The position numbers and the translations under genes were made by a program. A DNA stretch of 64,000 nt from a virus. The notes beneath the pieces are model-generated. The model had not been told where the DNA came from. It saw nothing but the letters and a program-made list of their open reading frames with translations, and searched no databases. The DNA lies in IMG/VR virus record IMGVR_UViG_3300045988_092126; one strand, written 5' to 3'. Below, piece by piece: positions 33,356-42,556 of the stretch (positions within the stretch are counted from its first letter, which is position 1; each line of letters starts with the position of its first letter).

Positions 33356-33568
33356 ATGGTTGTTAATATAGCTAGACTTAAAGGAAAAATCGTTGAACGT
33401 GGAAACACTCAGGAAGCTGTTGCAAATGCAATTGGAATGGACAGAAGCACATTCTACAGAAAACTAAAAGATGGCGGAGAGAAATTTACAATCGGAGAAA
33501 TCCACGGAATCGTAAATGCAGTTCCTTTAAGCAAGGAGGAAGCTATAGATATTTTTTTTACATCATAG
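33356..33568 (+). CDS. Cro-like HTH regulator
   Basis: 70 aa. QEAVANAIGMDRSTFYRKLKDG is an HTH. First gene of the rightward early operon. Confidence 0.7.
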   Translation: MVVNIARLKGKIVERGNTQEAVANAIGMDRSTFYRKLKDGGEKFTIGEIHGIVNAVPLSKEEAIDIFFTS

Positions 33569-33610
33569 TCGCAATAATGCGACTTAAATATATTACACGA
33601 AAGGAGATAA

Positions 33611-34327
33611 ATGAACAGCTTACAAATTTTTAACTCAGAAGAGTTCGGAGAAATCCGAACAATAGAAATTGACGGGAAACCGTATTTTGTTGGAACAGAT
33701 GTTGCGAAAGCACTTGGATACAGCAATCCGAGAAAAGCCATTCTTGACCATTGCAAGGGAGTAACGAAACGTGACACCCCTACATCTAGTGGCGTTCAGT
33801 CAATGTCATACATAAATGAGGGAGATTTGTACCGCCTGATTATGAAATCAAAACTTCCGTCAGCGGAGAAATTCGAGTCATGGGTTATGGACGAAGTTCT
33901 CCCGGCAATCCGCAAGACGGGTTCATACCAGAAACCGATGACCTTGGAAGAACAACTTCAAATCGTCGCAAAAGGAACGCTCGAAGTAAAGGAAGAAATC
34001 CGAAAGGTCAACGAAGATTTACAGGAATTCAAAAAAGATATGCCACTTCTGGCACTGGAATGTCAGAAAATCACAAAGGCGAAGAATCAGAAAGTTGTCC
34101 CGCTACTGGGCGGCAAGGATTCTCCGGCATACAAGGATAATTCCATCCGTCAGCAGGTTTACAGCGACATTGATGCGCAGCTTCGAAGAGAATTTGGCGT
34201 GAACACTTACAAGGCAATCAAGAGAAACCAGTGCGATCTGGCGGTGAAAATCATCAATGAATATGAATTGCCAATGTATCTGAAAGACCAGATTGACAGT
34301 TCTAATGCGCAGGAAAGTTTCTTATAA
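33611..34327 (+). CDS. antirepressor (Bro-N domain plus C-terminal ORF6C-like region)
   Basis: LQIFNSEEFGEIRTIEIDGKPYFVGTDVAKALGYSNPRKAI..H...... is a Bro-N/AntA-type N-terminal domain. Confidence 0.8.
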   Translation: MNSLQIFNSEEFGEIRTIEIDGKPYFVGTDVAKALGYSNPRKAILDHCKGVTKRDTPTSSGVQSMSYINEGDLYRLIMKSKLPSAEKFESWVMDEVLPAIRKTGSYQKPMTLEEQLQIVAKGTLEVKEEIRKVNEDLQEFKKDMPLLALECQKITKAKNQKVVPLLGGKDSPAYKDNSIRQQVYSDIDAQLRREFGVNTYKAIKRNQCDLAVKIINEYELPMYLKDQIDSSNAQESFL

Positions 34328-34344
34328 GAAAGAGAGGTGAAAAA

Positions 34345-34593
34345 GTGACAGAATTAAAAGTTGTCAGAAATCTCGAATCAGGAAAACTGATGCGTGGAGA
34401 TAATGAACTCGGAAACGCAAAGTATTTCTTGCGGAAAGAAAACGGCGAAGAAGTGTATTTGGAAGATATAATCGCAAGCCTGGCATTCAGCCTTGGAGAA
34501 CAGGTGGAAGAAAATATTAAAAAGGGCATAGATGAACCATATCTTGCCTATGCCCTTGATGTTTTGTCTAATGCACGCAGATTAGGCATTTGA
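34345..34593 (+). CDS. hypothetical protein
   Basis: 82 aa with a GTG start behind a GAGAGGTGA RBS. Confidence 0.35.
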   Translation: MTELKVVRNLESGKLMRGDNELGNAKYFLRKENGEEVYLEDIIASLAFSLGEQVEENIKKGIDEPYLAYALDVLSNARRLGI

Positions 34594-34610
34594 AACACTG
34601 GATGAACATT

Positions 34611-34787
34611 TTATTTCTTTCCCAAATTTAAGAAAAAGTGTTCATCGTGTGTTTCCAGAAGTTCAGAGAACTCTTTGCGAATTTGAAAATACTTTTGGCA
34701 AATATGACCATCGTCAAAATAAGCATGTTCCAATTCGCGACTTAACTTCAAAATAGCTAAATCATGAGCAATTTGTAACTTGTCCAT
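34611..34787 (-). CDS. hypothetical small protein (opposite strand)
   Basis: 58 aa from MDKLQIAHDL... with an AGGAGGTG RBS on the minus strand. The only leftward ORF in this block. Confidence 0.3.
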   Translation of the reverse strand: MDKLQIAHDLAILKLSRELEHAYFDDGHICQKYFQIRKEFSELLETHDEHFFLNLGKK

Positions 34788-35015
34788 AAAAACACCTCCT
34801 TTCATAAGGAGAGTATATCACATAAAAAATCGGAGGGACATAAAAACGGTAAAAGCATTAATCCTGTCAGCTTTGATCGGCGGTATGTCACCGTACCTGC
34901 CGTTCTGGAGATTTGACAGAGCATCACAGCCGGTTGCAGTAGCAATCATAATGTTTATCTTATCATTCGTGGTTATTTACCCGGATGAAGCAAAGAAAAT
35001 AGGAGGAAAAGAAAG

Positions 35016-35288
35016 ATGATTAATACAAGATTAGGAGAACTTACACTCAAAGGCAGTAAAAAAGAATTAATAGCTGACTTAGCTGTTATCGTTCGGGGAA
35101 TCAAAGAATCTATTATGGAAGGCGAAAAAGAAACAGAGGAATCTGCAAAACAGGAGATTGACGAAGCAGTCAAAATCGGGTTAATGAATGAAGAAGAATT
35201 TCGAACTTTTCAAAAAGAAAAAATCAAAGAAGCTGCATCAGCGTTTATTGATGGTTTGCTTGGAGGGATTTTCAATGAAGATAAATGA
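35016..35288 (+). CDS. hypothetical protein
   Basis: 90 aa, Glu/Lys-rich and helical. AGGAGGA RBS. Confidence 0.4.
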   Translation: MINTRLGELTLKGSKKELIADLAVIVRGIKESIMEGEKETEESAKQEIDEAVKIGLMNEEEFRTFQKEKIKEAASAFIDGLLGGIFNEDK

Positions 35289-35571
35289 TTTTGATAAGAC
35301 TGTAGATGAACTGTACCAGTTATGCAGACGGGTTCAGAAAGAAACCGGTAGAACGGTAGCATTTCATTTCGCAAACTACAAGATCGGATGCAGCCTGCAC
35401 ATCAATATATATAAGAAAGAATCATTAAGAGAGTTTGATATGTATAGCATTACAGAGGGCGGTTATCAGCAGGAAGAAAATGTGAAGAAAGCAACTGACC
35501 ATTTAAACAAAATTTTGATGGACAACAAATGTCCGTATTGTGAGGAGGATTGTGATGGAGAAAGAAAATAA
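35275..35571 (+). CDS. hypothetical protein with C-terminal CxxCxxxC
   Basis: 98 aa from ATG 35275. Overlaps the upstream gene. Ends ...KCPYCEEDCDGERK. Confidence 0.4.
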   Translation: MKINDFDKTVDELYQLCRRVQKETGRTVAFHFANYKIGCSLHINIYKKESLREFDMYSITEGGYQQEENVKKATDHLNKILMDNKCPYCEEDCDGERK

Positions 35572-35719
35572 GATGGATTTCAGAGCAGAGACCGTAGCCG
35601 AGGAATACGCCGAATTAGTTGGCAGACTAAAGGCATTCAAAGCATACCTCGATTCTAGCGAGAGCGTAATCATTGACAAGAAAATTTGTATCGCTATGTT
35701 AGGTCTCGACTCAGATTAA
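35555..35719 (+). CDS. hypothetical small protein (54 aa)
   Basis: MEKENKMDFRAETVAEEYAELVGRLKAFKAYLDS... with a GAGGAGGA RBS. Below the ORF-track cutoff. Confidence 0.3.
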   Translation: MEKENKMDFRAETVAEEYAELVGRLKAFKAYLDSSESVIIDKKICIAMLGLDSD

Positions 35720-35724
35720 AAGTT

Positions 35725-35820
35725 GGCTCCATGGGTACCGGAAATACCACACGGAGCCGCGTATCTAACTTAATTGGCTAAGTTAAATACAGGACAAGTA
35801 TAACACACCTTCCTGTATTT
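35725..35820 (+). other. three consecutive stem-loops in an intergenic gap (candidate sRNA or attenuator)
   Basis: GGCTCC...GGAGCC (35725-58, inner GGTA/TACC). TAACTTA-attggc-TAAGTTA (35766-85). AAATACAGGA-15 nt-TCCTGTATTT (35786-820). Confidence 0.35.
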
Positions 35821-35850
35821 ATCAAATAAATAATTAGGAGGGCATTTTTT

Positions 35851-36036
35851 ATGTCAAAAACACACATCCAGAACGCAGAAACATCAACACTTGCAAGCGA
35901 GATCATTTCCGACCTTGAGAAAGAAAGAAAGAAACTTAAAGTCGAAAACAAGAATCTCAGAGAAACAGTAGTAACACTCGGCTTAATGCTGACAAAAATT
36001 TTGAAAGAGGGCGATTCGGAAAATGAAAATGCGTAG
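35851..36036 (+). CDS. hypothetical coiled-coil protein
   Basis: 61 aa with AGGAGGG RBS. LEKERKKLKVENKNLRETV. Confidence 0.35.
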   Translation: MSKTHIQNAETSTLASEIISDLEKERKKLKVENKNLRETVVTLGLMLTKILKEGDSENENA

Positions 36037-36643
36037 CGAAAACCAGGTTCTTTTGTCCGGAGATATTCCGCAGGGATTTATCCAGACACATGAAAACCAT
36101 AATGGCAGGAAGATGTATACCGGAGAAATGCACATTTTCCGAGACAACTGTATTTACGACGTTATTCCTGTAATTACCACAGAAGAAATGGTGAAAAGAG
36201 GAACTGATTTTACCGTTTCCGTGTATGGAGAAATGAGAAGCCGGAAGGACCATAAACTTACAGTAGATTATGTCACGGCGTTGGGAATAGATTATCTTGA
36301 CAGACCGGAAGAAAAGGATGCAAACGAAGTATACCTGATCGGAGATGTGATTAATATTATCCCGCTGAAAGTAGTAAAAGAAGAGGGAGAAGAAAAAGTA
36401 AACTGGATTCTCGCCAGAGTTCTGTTAAGCGTTAAGAGAGCTAAGAGACGTAACGGGCACCAGAAATCAGACTGTATTTCATGCCTTGTCTGGGACGAGA
36501 ACGCTGAGACCGTTAGAAACCTTGAAAAAGGACAGAAGCTAAAGGTATTCGGAAGATTCCAGAGCCGAGAAAGATGGTGTTCAGAGAAACAGGAGAGAAT
36601 CACGGAACTGGATGTATCGGTAAAGAGATTGGAGATTTTGTAA
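36023..36643 (+). CDS. OB-fold ssDNA-binding-like protein (tentative)
   Basis: 206 aa upstream of the ATPase and RecT genes. ...GQKLKVFGRFQSRERW resembles SSB beta-strand motifs. No acidic tail. Confidence 0.35.
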   Translation: MKMRSENQVLLSGDIPQGFIQTHENHNGRKMYTGEMHIFRDNCIYDVIPVITTEEMVKRGTDFTVSVYGEMRSRKDHKLTVDYVTALGIDYLDRPEEKDANEVYLIGDVINIIPLKVVKEEGEEKVNWILARVLLSVKRAKRRNGHQKSDCISCLVWDENAETVRNLEKGQKLKVFGRFQSRERWCSEKQERITELDVSVKRLEIL

Positions 36644-36644
36644 T

Positions 36645-38672
36645 ATGAAAAAAATCGAAGTAAGAGAGATTAGATTGACCGACTTTAAAGGTCAGTCGGA
36701 AAAGAAAATAGAGTTTGGACACAGAACAGTCGTTTCCGGGAAGAACGGATGCGGGAAAACCACACTGGCAGATGCGTTTATGTGGGTATTCTGCGACAAG
36801 GATTACAGTTTAAAGAGCAACCCGGATATCAGACCTGATGATGGTAGAGAATGTCTACCAAGAGTCGATATTGACCTTGTAATTGATGGAAAGTCAGTAA
36901 GCGTAGCGAAATTCCAGAAGCGCACAGAAAGTAAAACAAAGGACGGGAAGCCGGGCAAGGTTGCATTATCCAACAAATACGAAATCAACGGTGTTCCGAA
37001 AGCTGAAAGAGATTTTAAAGTTGATTTAAAAGAGCGAGGATTTGACTTTGATAATTTTCTTATGCTGTCGCATATGGAAATCTTCACAGACTTAAAAGAT
37101 GCAGATGCCAGAAAAATTCTGTTTTCCATGTCAGACGGTGCCGGAAAATCAGATTTAGAGATTGCCAAGACAGTTTCAGATTGTGCCGAGTTGGTACCGC
37201 TTCTGGAAACCTACAAGGCAGACGAAATCAAAGCCATGAACAGCGCGACACTGAAAAAAGCAGAGGAACAGTTGAAAGCTATTCCAAACCAGATTATCGG
37301 CATGGAAAATTCAAAAGTTGATGCTGATGTTGCGGAACTGGAATTGCAGAAGAACGCCTTGCAGGAACAGATTTCTGACCTTGAAAAGCAGATTGCACAG
37401 GCAGGAAACGAGCGAATCAGAAAGCTCAGAGCGGAACTTTCGGACTTAGGCGTTCGGAAATATTCTTTCGAGTCAAAAGCATATGAAGAAGTCTCAACGA
37501 GAAAAACTGCAATTCAAATTAAAATCAATGAGTTGCAGTCAGAAAGGAATCTGAAAACAGCCGAATTAAACAGAAAGACTTCTGCTTTGGAGAGTTTGAG
37601 ATCGCAGAAGAAAGAGTTGCTCGAAAAATTACAGAACGCTAGAACACAATATCCCAAAATCAAGGATGCAGAATGGGACAACACAGTTCTGGAAAATATT
37701 GAATCTGAGACATTCAAGGATGCAGAGACTATTTGCCCGACTTGCGGTCAGAATCTTCCATCAGAGCAGATTGAGCAGTTAAAGAGCAGATTCGAGCAGA
37801 AGAAGCAGGAAAGAATCAATCAGCAGTTAAAAGCTAAGGAAGAATGGGAACAGGACAAGAAGCGTAAACTTGATGAAGTTATTCAGGCTGGTAATAAAGC
37901 GTCTGCCGGAATGAAAGAAGCGCATAAGCAGGAAGAAGCTCTCACATCTGAAATTTCTAAACTAACAGATGAATTAGAGCAGATCAAAACTTCGTTGGAT
38001 GCAGAAAACAAGAATATGGAAGCTATACCAGAAAAGCCAGACTTCTCAGGGAATGCCGAATATCAGCAGATTCTTACATCAATCAAAGAGAAAGAGCAGG
38101 AGATTAATTCTCTGGACGATGGCGAAGAAGCAAAGAAGCAGCTTTCAGAACAGTTATCCGGCAAGAAACAGGAATTGGCAGCAGTTAATCAGAGAATCGG
38201 AGAAGCCAACAACAACGTCCGAATTGACGAACAGATCGAGAAGCTTCAGGAAAGCCAGAAACAGTACGCGCAGAGCAAGGCTGACGCACAGATGATTCTG
38301 GACGAACTGAAATCCCTGAGCATGGCGAAGAATACAGCCATTGAAGATGCAGTAAACCAGTATTTTAACGGAGTTAAAGTGAAGCTGTTTGATACACAGA
38401 AGAACGGCGAAGTCGTAGATGCTTGCATCTGGTACGTACAGGACAAGTACGGTAACTGGAAGAAATTAATTGGAAACGCCAATACAGCCCTTATGATGAA
38501 AGGAAAAATTGCCATCATGGACGGCTTACAGAAATTTTACGGCGTGAGTTATCCGATATTCGTAGACTGCGCAACAGAACTGGACAACAGCAGTCTGGCA
38601 AGTATTAAGGCAGACGCGCAGTTGATATTCTTGAAAGTTGCCGAGGGGGATATGACAGTAACGGAAGTTTAA
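36645..38672 (+). CDS. SMC/Rad50/SbcC-like ATPase with long coiled coil and CxxC hook
   Basis: 675 aa. Walker A VSGKNGCGKTT at the N-terminus, about 350 aa of heptad repeats with a central ICPTCGQ, and a C-terminal Walker-B-like PIFVDCATELD. Confidence 0.75.
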   Translation: MKKIEVREIRLTDFKGQSEKKIEFGHRTVVSGKNGCGKTTLADAFMWVFCDKDYSLKSNPDIRPDDGRECLPRVDIDLVIDGKSVSVAKFQKRTESKTKDGKPGKVALSNKYEINGVPKAERDFKVDLKERGFDFDNFLMLSHMEIFTDLKDADARKILFSMSDGAGKSDLEIAKTVSDCAELVPLLETYKADEIKAMNSATLKKAEEQLKAIPNQIIGMENSKVDADVAELELQKNALQEQISDLEKQIAQAGNERIRKLRAELSDLGVRKYSFESKAYEEVSTRKTAIQIKINELQSERNLKTAELNRKTSALESLRSQKKELLEKLQNARTQYPKIKDAEWDNTVLENIESETFKDAETICPTCGQNLPSEQIEQLKSRFEQKKQERINQQLKAKEEWEQDKKRKLDEVIQAGNKASAGMKEAHKQEEALTSEISKLTDELEQIKTSLDAENKNMEAIPEKPDFSGNAEYQQILTSIKEKEQEINSLDDGEEAKKQLSEQLSGKKQELAAVNQRIGEANNNVRIDEQIEKLQESQKQYAQSKADAQMILDELKSLSMAKNTAIEDAVNQYFNGVKVKLFDTQKNGEVVDACIWYVQDKYGNWKKLIGNANTALMMKGKIAIMDGLQKFYGVSYPIFVDCATELDNSSLASIKADAQLIFLKVAEGDMTVTEV

Positions 38673-38697
38673 TAATTAATAGAAAAGGAGAATTGTT

Positions 38698-39645
38698 ATG
38701 GCAAGCAAAACACAGTTAGCAACAGCAGGAGAACAACAGGCAGCAGTCGTAATCAATAATTCATTCATTGATGGTCTGACTAAACAACTTGAAGAAAAAT
38801 GCAAATATGGTCTTTCTTTTCCAAAAGACTATAATCTCAGCAATGCACTTATGGGAGCATATCTGGTTTTGAAAGAAACAAAAGATAGAAACAATAAACC
38901 AGTTTTGGAATCTTGCACATCTACTAGCATAGCAAACAGTCTTATGAATATGGCAACCCTTGGTTTGTCAGTTCAGAAAAAACAGGGTTATTTTATCGCT
39001 TACGGCGGTCAATGCCAGTTCCAGAGGTCGTATTTCGGAAATATCACAATCGCCAGAAGGTATGGAATGAAAGATATCCATGCCGAGATCATCTATGATG
39101 GTGACAAGTTCAAGTACCACATTGAAGATGGGGATAAAGTTCTTGATATTCACGAGCAGGACTTTATGAATATCGACAATGATAAAATTCTTGGGGCTTA
39201 TGCAGTCGTTCAGATGGAAGACGGAACGAAGCATCTGGAAGTAATGAATATCAAGCAGATTAAGCAGGCTTGGAAACAGGGATTCGGATTCAAAGAAGAC
39301 GGAAATGGAACACATCAGAAATTTACTGACCAGATGGCAAAGAAAACCGTTATCAATCGCGCATTGAAACAGATCATTAATAGCCACGGAGATATTTTTA
39401 CGCAGGAAGCCGAAGAATTTACAGAAGAAATCCAAAAACAGGACATCATCGAACATGAAGTTGCTTATGAAGTCGAGCAGAACGCCAATGCAGAAGAATT
39501 TATCCCAGACGAGCCAGTAGCAATCGAAGAACAGCCTAAACAGCCAACGGTCGCAGAAGTCGTAAAGACTTCCGAGAAAGAACCGGTTCCGGCAGCAGGA
39601 CAGGAATCAAGTATTCCAGATTTTATGAAGCAGGAGGAAATGTAG
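38698..39645 (+). CDS. recT: RecT-family single-strand annealing protein
   Basis: 315 aa. ...SIANSLMNMATLGLSVQKKQGYFIAYGGQCQFQRSYFG... and the KKTVINRALKQI motif are typical of RecT/Bet. Acidic C-terminal tail. Confidence 0.8.
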   Translation: MASKTQLATAGEQQAAVVINNSFIDGLTKQLEEKCKYGLSFPKDYNLSNALMGAYLVLKETKDRNNKPVLESCTSTSIANSLMNMATLGLSVQKKQGYFIAYGGQCQFQRSYFGNITIARRYGMKDIHAEIIYDGDKFKYHIEDGDKVLDIHEQDFMNIDNDKILGAYAVVQMEDGTKHLEVMNIKQIKQAWKQGFGFKEDGNGTHQKFTDQMAKKTVINRALKQIINSHGDIFTQEAEEFTEEIQKQDIIEHEVAYEVEQNANAEEFIPDEPVAIEEQPKQPTVAEVVKTSEKEPVPAAGQESSIPDFMKQEEM

Positions 39646-39663
39646 AAGGGAAGCTACATTAAT

Positions 39664-40062
39664 ATGGTAGGAACATTAGCAGAAGCGTTCAAAAATATGG
39701 AGAATGGTCTTTATGACTACACAGAGAATGGAAGATGTGTAGGGTGCGGTGCTTGCTGTTCTATCCTACTCCCGGTTTCTGGTAAAGAGATAAAAGAAAT
39801 CAGACGGTACATCAAAAAGAATCATATACAGGAACAGCAACACAATTATCCAGTCAAGAATCTTGGGCTTGACCTGACCTGTCCGTTTTTGAATGACTCA
39901 AAAAGGAATAATAAATGTGAGATTTATCCGGTCAGACCGGAGATATGCAGAAACTTCATGTGTAATGACCCACACGGGGCGAGACAGAATAAGAAGTTAT
40001 TGCATAAGAAATACGAACCGGTTGACATGAGAGAATTATTCTTCGGAGATGATCGAACATGA
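39664..40062 (+). CDS. YkgJ-family cysteine-cluster protein
   Basis: CVGCGACCS (CxxCxxCC) plus downstream CPF...C.IY..RP..CR.F.C, the YkgJ/UPF0153 signature. Confidence 0.7.
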   Translation: MVGTLAEAFKNMENGLYDYTENGRCVGCGACCSILLPVSGKEIKEIRRYIKKNHIQEQQHNYPVKNLGLDLTCPFLNDSKRNNKCEIYPVRPEICRNFMCNDPHGARQNKKLLHKKYEPVDMRELFFGDDRT

Positions 40063-40241
40063 TGTACTTTGACTGCATCAATTTTGATCGGTGCGATTCT
40101 GGAAAGTTCGGAAAATATATGGCTTGTATCGGGCGGTGTGAAAACTGCCCGTACTATGAGCCAGTAAAAGACTATTTCAAGAAACGGGGTGAGAACTATG
40201 AGGGTTATATCTCAGGATGGAACAGTCAATCTCCCATATGA
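40059..40241 (+). CDS. small Cys-rich protein
   Basis: 60 aa with ATGA overlap with the upstream gene. Five Cys residues in DCINFDRCDSG...ACIGRCENCPYY. Confidence 0.3.
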   Translation: MMYFDCINFDRCDSGKFGKYMACIGRCENCPYYEPVKDYFKKRGENYEGYISGWNSQSPI

Positions 40242-40554
40242 AATGACAACATTGATTGTTTTGGAAAATTACATACTGGCGGAATTTGCGGGTGGAACGA
40301 AGAAAATCCCGTATTTGATGGCAAGTTATTCTACAAAAAAGAATTGCGAAAAAGCTTTGAACATGCTTAATAACGCATACACAGGAGCATTCTATGGGCT
40401 GAATATAGATATTTCAAGTGAAAGTGTAGAAGAATTAGAAAAAATCGCTGCAACAAAAGGATTTGGAATTATCAAAGTTTATCAAGGTAATCAAGAAGTA
40501 AAGTTTGAACCTGCAAATATTATATTTAGATTTCCAGAGGATTACGAGGTATAG
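40198..40554 (+). CDS. hypothetical protein (paralog of 45659..45946)
   Basis: Start at ATG 40198 (GGGGTGAGAA RBS). MRVISQDGT...KALNMLNNAY...FRFPEDYEV parallels MLIRSQDKS...KALKVLDMIQEAY...FQMPEDSEVEV. Confidence 0.4.
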   Translation: MRVISQDGTVNLPYEMTTLIVLENYILAEFAGGTKKIPYLMASYSTKKNCEKALNMLNNAYTGAFYGLNIDISSESVEELEKIAATKGFGIIKVYQGNQEVKFEPANIIFRFPEDYEV

Positions 40555-40557
40555 AAA

Positions 40558-41178
40558 ATGAGCCATAGCAGTTTATATGGAATTGATAGGGATTACAAAG
40601 GAAAGGTTATTAAAGAGTTCAAAAATTTATGGCTGTTCGCACCTGCTATATGGGATGTTTTGACAGAAAAATATATTCCACTACGCAAATTGATAAGCCA
40701 TGGATTTAAGAGAAATATCATTTTTGATGCTTCTCTTTGGCACGAAATAAGCAATGAAATCAATAATTGCGACAATACAGCAGACAGGATTTGCTGGGAA
40801 ATTTCTGTCGGGCATGTTTTCTTCACAAAAGATAAGAGCTGTGTGGCAAATGCAATAAGAGACTTTATTAAGCAAAATAATAATTATTGCAGAGACATTG
40901 AGGATAATGTCGCGGTGTTGGAAAGGGAGCACATCATTGAAAGATTCGAAGAGATTGCTAGTGAAATAGAACTGTTATCGGAAGATACACCGTATTTTGT
41001 AATGAAGAACACTTCTGTTGATGACAGCGTAGAAAGATGGTTTGAAAAATACGATGATAAGCAAGATGAATATATAGAAACTGGTCTTAATCAGGTTGAT
41101 GAATTTGTTACAGAATTTGTAGTGATCGAAGATGGAAAAATCGTGAATTTCATAAATAATTTGGAATTTGAATATTGA
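40558..41178 (+). CDS. hypothetical protein
   Basis: 206 aa, same strand, tightly packed. Confidence 0.4.
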   Translation: MSHSSLYGIDRDYKGKVIKEFKNLWLFAPAIWDVLTEKYIPLRKLISHGFKRNIIFDASLWHEISNEINNCDNTADRICWEISVGHVFFTKDKSCVANAIRDFIKQNNNYCRDIEDNVAVLEREHIIERFEEIASEIELLSEDTPYFVMKNTSVDDSVERWFEKYDDKQDEYIETGLNQVDEFVTEFVVIEDGKIVNFINNLEFEY

Positions 41179-41195
41179 AAGTGAGGTGATGAAAA

Positions 41196-41943
41196 ATGTT
41201 CATGAGAGTGATAAACACAGGCAGTCAACCGGGAAACTGCTATGCGCTTAAATCCGAATCCGGCGAAATCTTACTTTTGGATTGCGGATGTAGATACTCG
41301 GAAATTCTAAAAGGAATTTCTTATAGGATATCGGACGTTTTGGGGTGTTTAATAAGTCATGAACATGGTTGATTAAGGTGACCATAAGAAGTCGTACAAA
41401 GAAATATTGAACGCAGGCATTCAAATTTACACTAACGACGAGACAGTTGAGAGTGTAAACACAATCTCTGGTGAGCTGATGAGTGGCTTACCAGAAAAGA
41501 AACCAAAGGACATAGGTTCGTTCCGTGTAACACCGTTTTACGTCCCGCACGACAAGACACCAAACTTCGCGTACCTGATATCTCATGAAGAATGTGGACG
41601 ACTGATATATGCGACAGACTTCTCATATTTGCCGTTCACATTCAAGAACATGAGAATAAATCACTTCCTTATAGAATGCAATCATCTGGACGAATCACCG
41701 GAACAGGATTCGTTTAAGTTTGAGCACTCCGTCCGGGGGCACAGCAGCTTATCTACTGTAAAAGAGATTATTCGAGTGAACAAGACCGCTTCGCTCAGAA
41801 CCATAACGCTGTGTCACCTGTCAGAGGGATGGGGAAATCCGGAAGTGATGCAGAATGAGATACAGGACGTTGCCGGGGATGATGTTCTGGTGCAGATCGC
41901 AAGACCGGGACTGAATGTTGATTTGAATTTATGCCCGTTTTGA
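41196..41943 (+). pseudogene. MBL-fold metallo-hydrolase interrupted by 10 nt inside the HxHxDH motif
   Basis: 41196-41369 encodes ...LLDCG...LISHEHG, then TGA. 41380-41943 (+1 frame) continues DHKKSYKEILNAGIQIY...VPHD...H. Deleting 41370-41379 (TGATTAAGGT) restores HEHGDH. Confidence 0.75.
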
Positions 41944-41954
41944 AAGGAGAAAAA

Positions 41955-42521
41955 ATGGAAATTGATAAATCAAAATTAAAGTTGGGAATTTGGTATGAGG
42001 ATGAAAACGGAAATTTAATTAAGCCAGAAGATGATTTGGCGTGTGAAGCACCAGAAGGAGCGAGAACGTACCATTCCTGCTTTCCGTTACAAATAACAGA
42101 ACACGTTTATGTAGTGCATGGCAAAGCTGAGAAAGAAGCGTGCAAGCACAAACGGAAATATTGGAAAAAGGATACAGGTCTGATAAGGGGATTAAAAGGC
42201 CATATATGCACTAATTGTGGGTGTAGCCAAACAAGAAAGTGGTGGCAGCCATGGGGAAGAAAATGGGATTACGGAACGGATACCACACCACTTATTGACT
42301 TTCATACAAGTATTGGAGGTGGAAATCAAGATGTCATAATGGCAATGGTAAACAGCGGAGATTATACATTACAGGAAGCACTTGTTGTTTTTTCTACGGC
42401 CTGCGAAAGATGTATGAATGTGCTTGCATACAAGTATTTGAACGGAGCAGATGGGTACGAAGAATATTCAGATGAGTGGAAAAAATGCAATACTGAATGC
42501 GATTTTTGCAAGAATAGTTAA
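41955..42521 (+). CDS. hypothetical Cys-rich protein
   Basis: 188 aa from ATG 41955 (AAGGAGA RBS). CTNCGCS and CERC...CNTECDFC clusters. Confidence 0.4.
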   Translation: MEIDKSKLKLGIWYEDENGNLIKPEDDLACEAPEGARTYHSCFPLQITEHVYVVHGKAEKEACKHKRKYWKKDTGLIRGLKGHICTNCGCSQTRKWWQPWGRKWDYGTDTTPLIDFHTSIGGGNQDVIMAMVNSGDYTLQEALVVFSTACERCMNVLAYKYLNGADGYEEYSDEWKKCNTECDFCKNS

Positions 42522-42556
42522 ATTGAGATTCACGAACCATACAGGGAGGAAACAAA

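Noticed and set aside
34780-35019. 79-aa ORF with hydrophobic segments, given a TTG start in the ORF track.
   Set aside because: The proposed start overlaps the divergent gene 34611..34787, and the only good RBS (GGAGGG at about 34835) is not followed by a canonical start codon. A small membrane protein is possible, but I cannot place its start.
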